This document shows, piece after piece, positions 40,689 to 50,272 of a stretch of DNA of 64,000 bases. The number at the start of each line of letters is the position of its first letter. Positions within the stretch are counted from its first letter, which is position 1. A program made the translations under genes and the position numbers. This DNA is from a virus. The stretch lies in the IMG/VR virus record IMGVR_UViG_3300042519_001698; one strand, given 5' to 3'. Under the pieces are notes generated by a model, which was not told where the DNA came from, did no database searches, and saw only the letters and a program-made list of their open reading frames with translations.

Positions 40689-40847
40689 ATGGAAAACAAA
40701 TCAAAAAACGTAAAAATCAGTGAAAAGCATCATGAAATGTTAAAAGTCCATTGTGAAAAAAACGGACTCAAAATCTATAAAATTTTAGAAAAATGGATAG
40801 AGGACTATTGTAAACCTAAAAAGAAAGATATGTACGGTGATGATTAA
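40689..40847 (+). CDS. Small ribbon-helix-helix-like DNA-binding protein (52 aa, below the ORF-track cutoff)
   Basis: MENKSKNVKISEKHHEMLKVHCEKNGLKIYKILEKWIEDYCKPKKKDMYGDD: alternating strand KNVKI followed by two helices with a conserved Gly. Confidence 0.75.
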   Translation: MENKSKNVKISEKHHEMLKVHCEKNGLKIYKILEKWIEDYCKPKKKDMYGDD

Positions 40848-41359
40848 AAAAAGTAACTAATACTAATTTTAGAACCAATAACTGGATTGTATAAGTATTG
40901 GATTTGTTTATCACTATAAATAATAAAACCTCCATCATCCCCCTCTTCCACAAGTTCTTCTTCCGCCAAACCGTTGGTTTCAACAGTCATCAAACTATTA
41001 ATAGATTGTGATAAGTTAAATAAGGTTGAACCCGTGTAAACAAACTCTTCTTTTCTGAATTGAATTAACTTACCTGTATTATCTAACATAACACTATTAA
41101 TACCCTTATAGTATTGTATGGTTATAATTGAATTTGGATATAAAGTTTGAAGAAATGTAATTTTAGAAGTAAATTGAGTGTGTGTAAAATCTGTATTTTG
41201 TATTTGAGCAATACCATTTATTGCAACCGAAAATAACGTTCCGATATTCTCACCAACACTAAATTGAGTTTCATTACCGTTTGATACAAATGATGTGGTA
41301 GCAATATTGACCGCTCTATTAATTTGGTTTGGGTAAGTCTCTTTTATATATTCGTACAT
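40844..41359 (-). CDS. Putative virion protein paralogous to the C-terminal extension of the neighbouring gp15-like protein
   Basis: FSVGENIGTLFSVAINGIAQ versus FSVGESIGVLFDVLVNGVVQ; shared TSKI.F, YYKG and SKISI.Y. Confidence 0.75.
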   Translation of the reverse strand: MYEYIKETYPNQINRAVNIATTSFVSNGNETQFSVGENIGTLFSVAINGIAQIQNTDFTHTQFTSKITFLQTLYPNSIITIQYYKGINSVMLDNTGKLIQFRKEEFVYTGSTLFNLSQSINSLMTVETNGLAEEELVEEGDDGGFIIYSDKQIQYLYNPVIGSKISISYFF

Positions 41360-41372
41360 AATATATTATTTT

Positions 41373-42671
41373 TTAATATAAATAACCTATAGATATTTTT
41401 GAATTTATTGCTGGTAAACCTAATAATTTAATAGACTTCACTACAATATCATTTATGGTTACATCATAAATTTCATAACCAATATTTTCTCTTTCCGATA
41501 AACCATTAATCTCCACTGTAATTATTTCTGTAAATTCATAACTTGTAGTGTAAATTGGATTATTATCTAAACCTACAGGTTCATCTCCTGTGTAATTAAA
41601 TTCATCTCTCGTAAATTGTAAAATTTTACCGTTATCACCCGCAATTTTATTACTTTTACCTTTATAATAAAGAATTGTTACGGTGTCACCTTCATTCGGA
41701 AAAATAGGTTGTCCTGAAGTTTGAATAAATTCAATTTTGGAAGTGTAGGCAATGTGTAAATAATCTACATTTTTAGTTTGAACCACACCATTTACTAAAA
41801 CATCAAATAATACACCAATACTTTCACCCACACTGAATATTTTTTGTAATCCATCTGCAACCGATGTTGATTTTTGAACCACATTATCTTTATTAAAGCT
41901 TTTTTTACTTTTTAAATTAGTATCTACCACAAATTCAAACATGGTGAATAGTCTATTTATCGCTGGCTTAACTTCAAACTCATCACTATCAATTAAATAA
42001 CCCAACATGGTAAATGAATAGTTCTGCATATAGAATCTTCTACCTTCTAATGTGTCCATAGGGGTGTTATCTTCTACTTTATCTAAAATAATTGGGATGT
42101 AATGTCCTTTTATCGTTGTGTAATCTTGTCTTGACGCGAAATTTTGTAATACCTTTCTGTTGAATTTGTTTATATCCCTAAACTTATTACAAATAATAAT
42201 AACATCATAAGATATGTCCACAGGTATTGGTTGTGGAATGGTATAAATGTCAGCACCTAAAGCAGCTCCATCCCAAGTGGGTACGGACGCATAATATATT
42301 TGGTGTCTATCAGGTATTGTTCTTTGTACTGATGGATTTGTACCTAATTGAACTTCAGGTCTCCTAATGATAGCAATAAATGGTAATTCCATATTCCCGT
42401 CCTTATCGGAAAATTCCCAATTGTTGGCAAACTCACCCCATCTTTGTATTGTTAATATTTTATCAATAACAGGAATACGATGACCTTCGGATTCAACAAT
42501 AAATGTTTCATTTACATAATCTAACATACCTCTATCTAAATCATCATGTAATATTGAGTCGGGAAGAAACGTGTCGGACTTAGTTATTTTATCCAATAAC
42601 TCTTGTCTTCTTTTGGTTAATTCCTGACCCTTGTAAACCGATAAATTCGTCTTCCTTTTTGGTAATGGCAT
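41373..42671 (-). CDS. Tail completion/terminator protein (gp15-like) with a C-terminal extension
   Basis: DDLDRGMLDYV, RW.EF, LPFIAIIR, PVDISY; start moved to the ATG at 42671 after the upstream gene. Confidence 0.6.
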   Translation of the reverse strand: MPLPKRKTNLSVYKGQELTKRRQELLDKITKSDTFLPDSILHDDLDRGMLDYVNETFIVESEGHRIPVIDKILTIQRWGEFANNWEFSDKDGNMELPFIAIIRRPEVQLGTNPSVQRTIPDRHQIYYASVPTWDGAALGADIYTIPQPIPVDISYDVIIICNKFRDINKFNRKVLQNFASRQDYTTIKGHYIPIILDKVEDNTPMDTLEGRRFYMQNYSFTMLGYLIDSDEFEVKPAINRLFTMFEFVVDTNLKSKKSFNKDNVVQKSTSVADGLQKIFSVGESIGVLFDVLVNGVVQTKNVDYLHIAYTSKIEFIQTSGQPIFPNEGDTVTILYYKGKSNKIAGDNGKILQFTRDEFNYTGDEPVGLDNNPIYTTSYEFTEIITVEINGLSERENIGYEIYDVTINDIVVKSIKLLGLPAINSKISIGYLY

Positions 42672-42672
42672 A

Positions 42673-43185
42673 TTATACTCCTCTAAATGATTTGTCTTGT
42701 ACAGGTGCACAAGTTATTGTTCTATAATGTGGTTTATAACCCCACATACTATGTTTATTATCCGAAGTAACTTTACCGTCATTGGTTACTGTATAGTATC
42801 TTGTTCTTGTTTCAGATTCAGGATATCCAACATAGTCACCATATCTAATATCTACCCCCAATTCACTTAAATGTTTAATATAAACAGATAGTATCATATT
42901 ACCTGGTTCATTATAATGTAATAAACCATTTTTATATGTTGAATTTTTTGGTTCTTCAATTTTAACTAAGGCGTTAAACTCCATAGGTGGGAAATATTTA
43001 ATCTCATCCATCCCAACCTCAGCATATACGTCATCTATAGTCGTTTTCTGTCTATCCACACGATATAACACTAATTTAAAGTTAATGTCACCATGTAGAT
43101 ACTCTTGTCCCATCTGTATATTGATGTCAAAATCGTCTTGGGATATGAATTTAGATAATCTTGTAATTGGTAGTTTATTGTCCAT
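42673..43185 (-). CDS. Neck/head-closure protein (gp14-like)
   Basis: VLYRVD...DDVYAE, GDYVGY, YYTV; upstream of the gp15-like gene. Confidence 0.6.
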   Translation of the reverse strand: MDNKLPITRLSKFISQDDFDINIQMGQEYLHGDINFKLVLYRVDRQKTTIDDVYAEVGMDEIKYFPPMEFNALVKIEEPKNSTYKNGLLHYNEPGNMILSVYIKHLSELGVDIRYGDYVGYPESETRTRYYTVTNDGKVTSDNKHSMWGYKPHYRTITCAPVQDKSFRGV

Positions 43186-43199
43186 ACCCTAATAAATAG

Positions 43200-43230
43200 T
43201 TTAATCTTCCATTCTATTTATGTATATTTT
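43200..43230 (+). promoter_or_regulatory. Near-consensus Bacteroidota-type promoter of the SNF2 gene
   Basis: TTTA-N19-TATATTTT, 5 nt before the ATG. Confidence 0.5.
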
Positions 43231-43235
43231 AAAAG

Positions 43236-44987
43236 ATGTCAAAAATGATTCCAGAAATAGAAGCGAGAGAAGTACTATCAACATACGAAGGTTCCAACAA
43301 TCAATTGTTAGATTGGAAGAAAAAGTTTGTCGATGTTAAGAATTTTAAATTAACAAGACCACAATCTGAGTATGTTTTAAAGTATAAAGACGTGGTACCA
43401 AAAGTGGCGAGAAAGTATATTAATATAGTTTCAACATTTGGTGAAAAAATAATGGAAGATAGATTACTTCCAAAACCACCTGAAAAAATTTGGTGTGAAA
43501 AACTATTGTGTGATTCTGAAAAGGCGTTTCATATTTGGGGTAAAATTATAGATAGTGAACAAAATCACGCAATGTGGTTACCTAAAGCAGCAATCGTTCA
43601 AGAAGAGAAAAAATTAGACAGAATTATAGATTACTCAAAGTATGATAGTCGTCCTCCCATGGAACACCAAAAGGTCGCCATTGAAAAATTATTGGCTAAT
43701 GATAAGTTTATATTAGCCGATGATATGGGTCTCGGAAAAACTACCGCTGCGGTTATTGCATCAATGGAGTGTGATGTAAAGAAAGTTTTAATAGTTTGTC
43801 CAGCATCCCTTAAAATAAATTGGGAAAGAGAGATTAAAAATTACACAGATAAAAAAGTTTTAATAGTGGAAGGTCGTAAGTGGGGATCTACTTTTGATTA
43901 CTATATTATCAACTACGATATATTAAAGAATTATCATACAACAGAAAAAAGTGAAGATAGTGATGATTATAAATTATTGGTAAATGAAAAGTTTGATTTG
44001 GCAATTGTGGATGAGGCACATTATGTTTCAAACACAACCGCCAACAGAACTCGTTTATTAAATGACGTATTGGAAACCATACCAAGGGTTTGGTTATTAA
44101 CGGGTACACCCATGACATCTCGTCCAATAAATTATTTTAATCTTCTTAAAATTGTTGATTCACCATTAGCATTAAATTGGCAATCGTATGTTCGTAGATA
44201 CTGTAAAGGTTATCAATTTTCGGTTGGGAATAGAAAAGTGTGGAATACAAGTGGAGCTAGTAATTTAGATGAATTACGTGAACGTACTAAATCATATGTT
44301 CTCCGTAGGATGAAAATTGATATCCTTGATTTACCCGAAAAAATTGTTACTCCTGTTTTTGTGGAACTTACAAGTAAAATGTATGATGAGGAGTTAGAAG
44401 AGTTTACAAGAATTAGTAATGATAAGAAGGATAACGAAACTATTAGTGTTACCTTAAATCGTTTGATGAAAATTAGACAACTTATTGCTTATGAAAAAGT
44501 TCCATACACTTGTGAGATTATAGATAAATGTTTAGACCAAGGAAAAAAAGTAATTGTATTTACTAACTTTACAATGTCATTAGATATGTTACATGAAAAA
44601 TACAAAAAGAATTCTGTAATACTAAATGGTAGTATGTCTAAGGAAAAGAAACAAGAGAGTGTTGATAGATTTCAAAATGAAGATAAGATAAAAATATTCA
44701 TATCAAATATTGTCGCTGGTGGTGTTGGTATTACATTAACGGCGGGTGAGGTTGTTGTTATGAATGACTTATCATTTGTACCCGCACATCATAGTCAAGC
44801 GGAAGATAGAGCTTATAGGTACGGACAAAAAAATAGTGTTCTCGTATACTATCCTGTATTTGAGAACACCGTTGAAAAGATTATCTATAATATATTACAA
44901 AAAAAGAAAGGTGTTATTGACCAAGTAATGGGAGACGGTGAATATTCGGAATCTTTCAGTAAAGATTTACTTAAGAGCCTCTTTTAA
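43236..44987 (+). CDS. SNF2-family (SMARCAL1/HARP-like) helicase
   Basis: ADDMGLGKT, VCPASLKINW, DEAH, LTGTP, GVGITLT, QAEDRAYRYGQ. Confidence 0.93.
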   Translation: MSKMIPEIEAREVLSTYEGSNNQLLDWKKKFVDVKNFKLTRPQSEYVLKYKDVVPKVARKYINIVSTFGEKIMEDRLLPKPPEKIWCEKLLCDSEKAFHIWGKIIDSEQNHAMWLPKAAIVQEEKKLDRIIDYSKYDSRPPMEHQKVAIEKLLANDKFILADDMGLGKTTAAVIASMECDVKKVLIVCPASLKINWEREIKNYTDKKVLIVEGRKWGSTFDYYIINYDILKNYHTTEKSEDSDDYKLLVNEKFDLAIVDEAHYVSNTTANRTRLLNDVLETIPRVWLLTGTPMTSRPINYFNLLKIVDSPLALNWQSYVRRYCKGYQFSVGNRKVWNTSGASNLDELRERTKSYVLRRMKIDILDLPEKIVTPVFVELTSKMYDEELEEFTRISNDKKDNETISVTLNRLMKIRQLIAYEKVPYTCEIIDKCLDQGKKVIVFTNFTMSLDMLHEKYKKNSVILNGSMSKEKKQESVDRFQNEDKIKIFISNIVAGGVGITLTAGEVVVMNDLSFVPAHHSQAEDRAYRYGQKNSVLVYYPVFENTVEKIIYNILQKKKGVIDQVMGDGEYSESFSKDLLKSLF

Positions 44988-45167
44988 TTCTAAAATCTTT
45001 TTATCTAATAAATTATCAAATTCCTTATCCTTATCATTCGGTATATTGATAAGGAATTTTTTTTCTTCTTTATTATACTCAACACTATTTGTTTCACCTT
45101 CTTTAGTGATTCTAAATTTTATGTCGTTTATTCCACATAGTTGTACTAATTCATTAAATTTATTCAT
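44967..45167 (-). CDS. Hypothetical protein
   Basis: 66-aa ORF coupled to the upstream minus-strand gene. Confidence 0.6.
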   Translation of the reverse strand: MNKFNELVQLCGINDIKFRITKEGETNSVEYNKEEKKFLINIPNDKDKEFDNLLDKKILELKEALK

Positions 45168-46098
45168 TGTAAAAAATATCTTTGTGTTTTAATTCCTCAT
45201 CAAAAAAAATATATCCTGTTCCATCAAAAAATTTCATTTTAGTATAGTCTTTTCTTAACACTAAAATTCTTTTTTCACCAACAACAAAAACAAAATAATC
45301 ACATCTTGATGTTCTACTTACCGACGGTGCTTTTATTTTATATCCCCCCTCTACTTTTATTATTGTACCAACTCCTTTTACTTGATGTGTTTTTTTCTGA
45401 AATGAAATATTATCAATTGAATGTGTTGTCCACACATCAACCCCCTCGTCCATATCGGCAGAATCCCCCCTACCCGATGATGATTTTAATTCAACAATAT
45501 CATTAAAAAAGTCTTTTATATTGTCAACATAAAATTTTTGTCTTTCATCACCCTTATTCATTGATGAATCACACGCCCCCTCTAATAGATTATACATTTC
45601 ACTACCACTTATAAAAATTTGATTTTTATAATGTTTTAACAATACCAATATTTTTGTAATTTTATCATTCGTAGTTTGAATTGATTCATTACTACTAAAT
45701 TGAAATTGATTTTGATATGAAAACATAACCCCATCAATAGTAAAACTTTCTTTTTTTCGTAATCTATAATAATCTAATAATATTTTATTACATCTATTAA
45801 TTAAAATGACATGACACGTGTAATTGGTATTGATTTGATTTAAGAAACTCCATGGATTTGATTGACCTTCAAAAACAACACCAAATTGACCAATCCTTGC
45901 GTTTTCAGTTGGGTTTTGCAACCATTTACCCAAAGGTTCGTATATTTCTTTTAAAATTAAATTTATCTCATCACTGAGTGGAAATTTAATTAAATTCTGA
46001 TTTTGCCACGATGAAACAACATCAAAATCAACTAAAACTAACAAAGGGTCTTTTTTTGGTAACGACTTTAATTTATCTCTTAATTCTATTTGGTTCAT
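45160..46098 (-). CDS. Hypothetical protein with a C-terminal PD-(D/E)xK-like (D-x-G-V-D...Q-V-K) nuclease motif
   Basis: DMDEGVDVW...THQVKG...CDYFVFV; start moved to the ATG at 46098, directly after a perfect host promoter. Confidence 0.55.
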   Translation of the reverse strand: MNQIELRDKLKSLPKKDPLLVLVDFDVVSSWQNQNLIKFPLSDEINLILKEIYEPLGKWLQNPTENARIGQFGVVFEGQSNPWSFLNQINTNYTCHVILINRCNKILLDYYRLRKKESFTIDGVMFSYQNQFQFSSNESIQTTNDKITKILVLLKHYKNQIFISGSEMYNLLEGACDSSMNKGDERQKFYVDNIKDFFNDIVELKSSSGRGDSADMDEGVDVWTTHSIDNISFQKKTHQVKGVGTIIKVEGGYKIKAPSVSRTSRCDYFVFVVGEKRILVLRKDYTKMKFFDGTGYIFFDEELKHKDIFYNE

Positions 46099-46104
46099 AA
46101 TACA

Positions 46105-46135
46105 CAAATATACGATATTTATAGGAATATACAAA
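46105..46135 (-). promoter_or_regulatory. Bacteroidota-type housekeeping (early) promoter
   Basis: Minus strand TTTG-N19-TATATTTG, 6 nt before the ATG at 46098. Confidence 0.8.
46116..46123 (+). promoter_or_regulatory. Candidate late promoter TATTTATA
   Basis: Upstream of the neck gene at 46139. Confidence 0.6.
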
Positions 46136-46138
46136 ATT

Positions 46139-47254
46139 ATGGCGACAATTATCACACCGGAAGAAAAAGAAAAATTATATACACAGGTTTTCCACCTATT
46201 AGGTATGCCAGTTCGTGGTATAGAGTTAACTCAAGAACAAATGGATACCTTTTTGGAGTTATCCATATCAGAATACGAACAATACGTTAGTGATTGGTTA
46301 ATTGAGTCCCAATGGTCATCATTATTGGGTCTTAATTTAGACACTCAATCATTAAGTAGGGCCTTTACCACAAGAAGTGTGGATTATGAAACTCAGTTTA
46401 CTTACGCCTACTCTAAAATCGTTGGTTTACAGGCTGGTGGTGAATCCGAATTAAAAAAGGACTACTTTGAGTTAGTTGCTGGTCAACAGATGTATGAAAT
46501 ACCTGCAGGTCGTGAAATAAATGAATTATTATGGTTTAGTAGAGCAACACTTACAGATTCTATTGTTGATCCGTTTATTGGTGGTTTTGGTGGTCTTGGT
46601 GGGGTGGGATTTGGTGGATTTGGAGGGATGGCTCAAATGGGTAATGCGGGTTCATACTTTATGATGCCGGCTTTCGATATGTTACTTAGAATGGGGGATA
46701 GAAGTATTAAGAATCGTTTAATTGGTGGTGACTTGACATACAGAATCACTGCGGGCCCTGAAGGTAAGAAATACATACACTTATATAATGTACCGGGAGG
46801 AAAATATGACTTTGGTGCAATTCAAAAGGGTAATTACCAAGTTTGGTATTGGTTTTATGATACTATGGATAGAGATACTTGTTTAGAAAAAAATAGAGAT
46901 ATTGTAAAACTTCCCTCTGATGTTATGACCGAACAATTAACATGGGATAAATTAAATAAACCTTCTCAGAACTGGGTTAGAAAATATCTAATTGCATATT
47001 CTAAAGAAGGTTTAGGTAGAATTTGGGGTAAATTTTCAGGTGACTTACAAGTTCCTGATAGTACTATTAAATTGGATTATTCTTCATTAATTACGGAAGG
47101 TAAAGATGAGAAACAAAAATTAATTGAAGAATTAATGCAACGTCTTGAAAGATTACGACCAGACAAGATGATTGAAAGAAAGGCAAACGAAGCTGAAAAT
47201 CTGAACAAGTCACTTAAATTCAGAGCGATGCCTTCCCCAATCAATGTTATCTAA
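46139..47254 (+). CDS. Neck/head-to-tail adaptor protein (gp13-like)
   Basis: LGMPVRGIELTQEQMDTFLE; WVRKYLIAYSKE.LG.IWGKF; TATTTATA upstream. Confidence 0.7.
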   Translation: MATIITPEEKEKLYTQVFHLLGMPVRGIELTQEQMDTFLELSISEYEQYVSDWLIESQWSSLLGLNLDTQSLSRAFTTRSVDYETQFTYAYSKIVGLQAGGESELKKDYFELVAGQQMYEIPAGREINELLWFSRATLTDSIVDPFIGGFGGLGGVGFGGFGGMAQMGNAGSYFMMPAFDMLLRMGDRSIKNRLIGGDLTYRITAGPEGKKYIHLYNVPGGKYDFGAIQKGNYQVWYWFYDTMDRDTCLEKNRDIVKLPSDVMTEQLTWDKLNKPSQNWVRKYLIAYSKEGLGRIWGKFSGDLQVPDSTIKLDYSSLITEGKDEKQKLIEELMQRLERLRPDKMIERKANEAENLNKSLKFRAMPSPINVI

Positions 47255-50148
47255 ACCTCAATAGCATGAAATGCATAATCGTGACCATTTGTTTCGATTA
47301 TTTCATCCTCATTACTAATTGTACTATTTTCTTGTAAGGAAACAACCTTTCTATTGTAATCAACCCAATATGGGTCTACTAATTTTATACTATCCTCAAC
47401 ATACATGAAGAAAGGGTCTCTACCAACTCGATTCCAAAATAAGACTTCACTATCGGATAATGTCATAACCTCATCAAACTTATCTTGACCTTCTTCTTTA
47501 AGTGGAAATCCATTTACCAATTCACATTGACCTTTAGTAAAGTATTGTCTGTCTTTAGGATCCTCAATTAAAATATCATCTCTAATCTCAGGTTTAAACA
47601 CACATAACAAAGGTTCCATTCTTTTATTGAAATTACTTAAGTAACGAGCAACATTATAATCACCCGTTAAATTTGGATTGTCAGTAATTTCTTTTTCGGG
47701 AATCATGTAACAATTCACTTCTATAAAATTATTAGGCATCGGGTAACCATTTTTTTCGGTGAATTCTTCTTGTTGTCTCTTAGTTGGTTTTGTGATTTTT
47801 GTCACATCACCCGAAGATTTCTTCACACCATTATTCACGTAAAATATCGTATCACCTAAACCAGCGGGGTGGTCATTTTGAATAATCAATTCCATATGTG
47901 CTTGACGTGACATTAGTGAACCCGCTTTTGTTGTTTTTTGAATATATTTTTTATAATCATTAACAGATTGTTTAACACGTGCTTTATTTGCAATTTTAGC
48001 TAATGGTATTTCTTTATTGTAAATTTTATTTACATAATTGTAATATAACTCAACAAATGAATGTCCATCACCATTTAACAAATACTTTAAACCTTCATCT
48101 AAAAATTCAACTATATATGTTTGTAATTTTTTTGATTTAATTGTATTACCTGTTAATTTAATTTTCTCCTTACCTTTCTTCATCATTTTAATGATGTAAT
48201 TTTTACGAGATACATTAATACAAGATGGTGCAACATAGTCAATATCTAATCCCATTTCATTTCTCATAAAGATGTCATTAAACTCAGCAGTGTCCGCCTC
48301 AATACCTTTATATTCTTTTCCTAACGTAACCATTTCATTTAATCCTTTACCTACATATATTGTATCATCAATATTCAATGGAGTTTCAAAGTTCACACCA
48401 TCCGTATCCATTACAAGAGGTTTATATCCTTTCTTCATGTAGAACATAATCATCATTCTTAAACACTGGCGACCAACACAAGTAATAGTTTCACCCATAT
48501 TCATATCACCCCAAGGAAACACGTGTGGTGCAGATAAACTACCAAAATAAGCGTTAATAAAAATCTTAATTGGTAATTGTTTTCTATCATACATCTCCGC
48601 CTGAACAGGATCTGTTTTTGCTAACGTACCAGCAAGTAATTTATATTTGATACGAATGTCTCTAAAATATTTTAACATTGACTTTTGTACTCCCATTACA
48701 TCACATTCAGGAAATACATCATATACAAGTTGAATAGATGGGTAAAGTGATGCGTAGTCAAACTTAACTATGTTTTTTGAATAACCAACGTTCAATAATC
48801 TTGATAAACCCCCCGTGATTGCACGTTTCTCATCTTTTGCTGGAATTGCTAAATTATTTTCATAACTCCATGCTAACATGATAATCTTCCACAATGTTGC
48901 GGTACCCATTGTTGCAATACGTTCATATGTTGTAGGTACCAATTTAGAAAGTAAGAATGTTGATTGAGAGAATGAATCATCTACAATCATTGTTTCATAC
49001 AAGTCATCGTCAAGATATTGTTCTACAATTTTTCTACCTGGCCATATTTCAAATTTACCAGGAAATTTTTTTAACAAATCTTCAGTGCCGGGTTCACCAA
49101 TCTTTTTATAACCACCCGTCTTTGGATTTACATAATAACTTTCATTATCAAGATATATTTTAGAAATTTTCCCACCATCAACGTAAACCCGATTAGGTTT
49201 ATCTTTTTCCAAATATGTTGTGATGTATTTCAAACCCCAAGATTTAATTTCGGAGTTGATTGCCTGAGCACGTCTTACTGAATGTGCAATATCAATAATA
49301 TTAAACCCCCAAATAACATGTTGTTTATATGGTTCAACCTCATTTGCAAGTTTTAACATTCCTTCTTTCTCTTTCATACCTTGCGATGTGAAGATTTGTG
49401 TTAAACCATCAACATCAACACCAAGTATCTCTGCCCGTTTTAATATAAACGGCCAGTCAAAAAATGCTGAGTTATAACCCGCAACAATTGTTGGTTTTAA
49501 ATCTTTTATGTATTTGAAAAATCTCTCAATACATTTCTTTTCACCATCTTCACCAAATGCGGGGATTGTTTCATTTAAACCACGGTTATCTTTAACCCCA
49601 ATTAATATAATAACACAAGTTTCGGGGTCAAGACCTGTGGTTTCAATATCGAATACAAATCTATTAACTCCTGAATATTCATCAACACCCTTAAACAATC
49701 TTTTTTTCTTTTGAATTAGGTATTGTTCTACGGGATTCAATACTGTAAAATATTGTCGGTATTTTTCATCCCATGGATTCAATCCACCCATTCTAAAAAA
49801 TGAAATTAAATCTGTATATGACTTAATACTTTTAACAAGGTGAGTCATACCATTTTCCAATCGTTCATTACCTTGGGTTTCTAATTTTTCAATTAAAATC
49901 CCAAATTCCCCCATTCTTCTCTTTTGAACTGATTTAGACCCACCATAAAAATTTAAACCCGACAAGTCACCAACCCAAATAAATGGTGTGAATGTGTCTG
50001 TTTTAATGATTTTACCCTGAATTGGGTCTTGGATGATTTTGTAAATTGTGTTGGATGGATAATCGTATTCTACACCTACGATAAACTCTTCAGGGTCACC
50101 CCCATTAAGGAAGCTTTCAATAACTTCCTGTGAAATTACTTCTTTCAT
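47251..50148 (-). CDS. polB: DNA polymerase family B with 3'-5' exonuclease domain
   Basis: FDIETTG, YNSAFFD, FDYASLYPS, KIFINAYFG, MDTDG. Confidence 0.95.
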   Translation of the reverse strand: MKEVISQEVIESFLNGGDPEEFIVGVEYDYPSNTIYKIIQDPIQGKIIKTDTFTPFIWVGDLSGLNFYGGSKSVQKRRMGEFGILIEKLETQGNERLENGMTHLVKSIKSYTDLISFFRMGGLNPWDEKYRQYFTVLNPVEQYLIQKKKRLFKGVDEYSGVNRFVFDIETTGLDPETCVIILIGVKDNRGLNETIPAFGEDGEKKCIERFFKYIKDLKPTIVAGYNSAFFDWPFILKRAEILGVDVDGLTQIFTSQGMKEKEGMLKLANEVEPYKQHVIWGFNIIDIAHSVRRAQAINSEIKSWGLKYITTYLEKDKPNRVYVDGGKISKIYLDNESYYVNPKTGGYKKIGEPGTEDLLKKFPGKFEIWPGRKIVEQYLDDDLYETMIVDDSFSQSTFLLSKLVPTTYERIATMGTATLWKIIMLAWSYENNLAIPAKDEKRAITGGLSRLLNVGYSKNIVKFDYASLYPSIQLVYDVFPECDVMGVQKSMLKYFRDIRIKYKLLAGTLAKTDPVQAEMYDRKQLPIKIFINAYFGSLSAPHVFPWGDMNMGETITCVGRQCLRMMIMFYMKKGYKPLVMDTDGVNFETPLNIDDTIYVGKGLNEMVTLGKEYKGIEADTAEFNDIFMRNEMGLDIDYVAPSCINVSRKNYIIKMMKKGKEKIKLTGNTIKSKKLQTYIVEFLDEGLKYLLNGDGHSFVELYYNYVNKIYNKEIPLAKIANKARVKQSVNDYKKYIQKTTKAGSLMSRQAHMELIIQNDHPAGLGDTIFYVNNGVKKSSGDVTKITKPTKRQQEEFTEKNGYPMPNNFIEVNCYMIPEKEITDNPNLTGDYNVARYLSNFNKRMEPLLCVFKPEIRDDILIEDPKDRQYFTKGQCELVNGFPLKEEGQDKFDEVMTLSDSEVLFWNRVGRDPFFMYVEDSIKLVDPYWVDYNRKVVSLQENSTISNEDEIIETNGHDYAFHAIEV

Positions 50149-50272
50149 TATGATTTTTTTTAATTTGACGTATTAGCTTGTGGATAATCCACAGTTTGCC
50201 TTGATTACTTATAAATAATAAGAAAAAAAGTCCGTATTAAAAAATGTGTAAACTATTTATAAAAAAAAGGTT

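Noticed and set aside
11048-50148. Inteins or group I introns in nrdA, helicase, recA or polB
   Set aside because: Lengths and motif spacing are normal; no splice-junction (C...HN/C,S,T) or homing endonuclease motifs seen.
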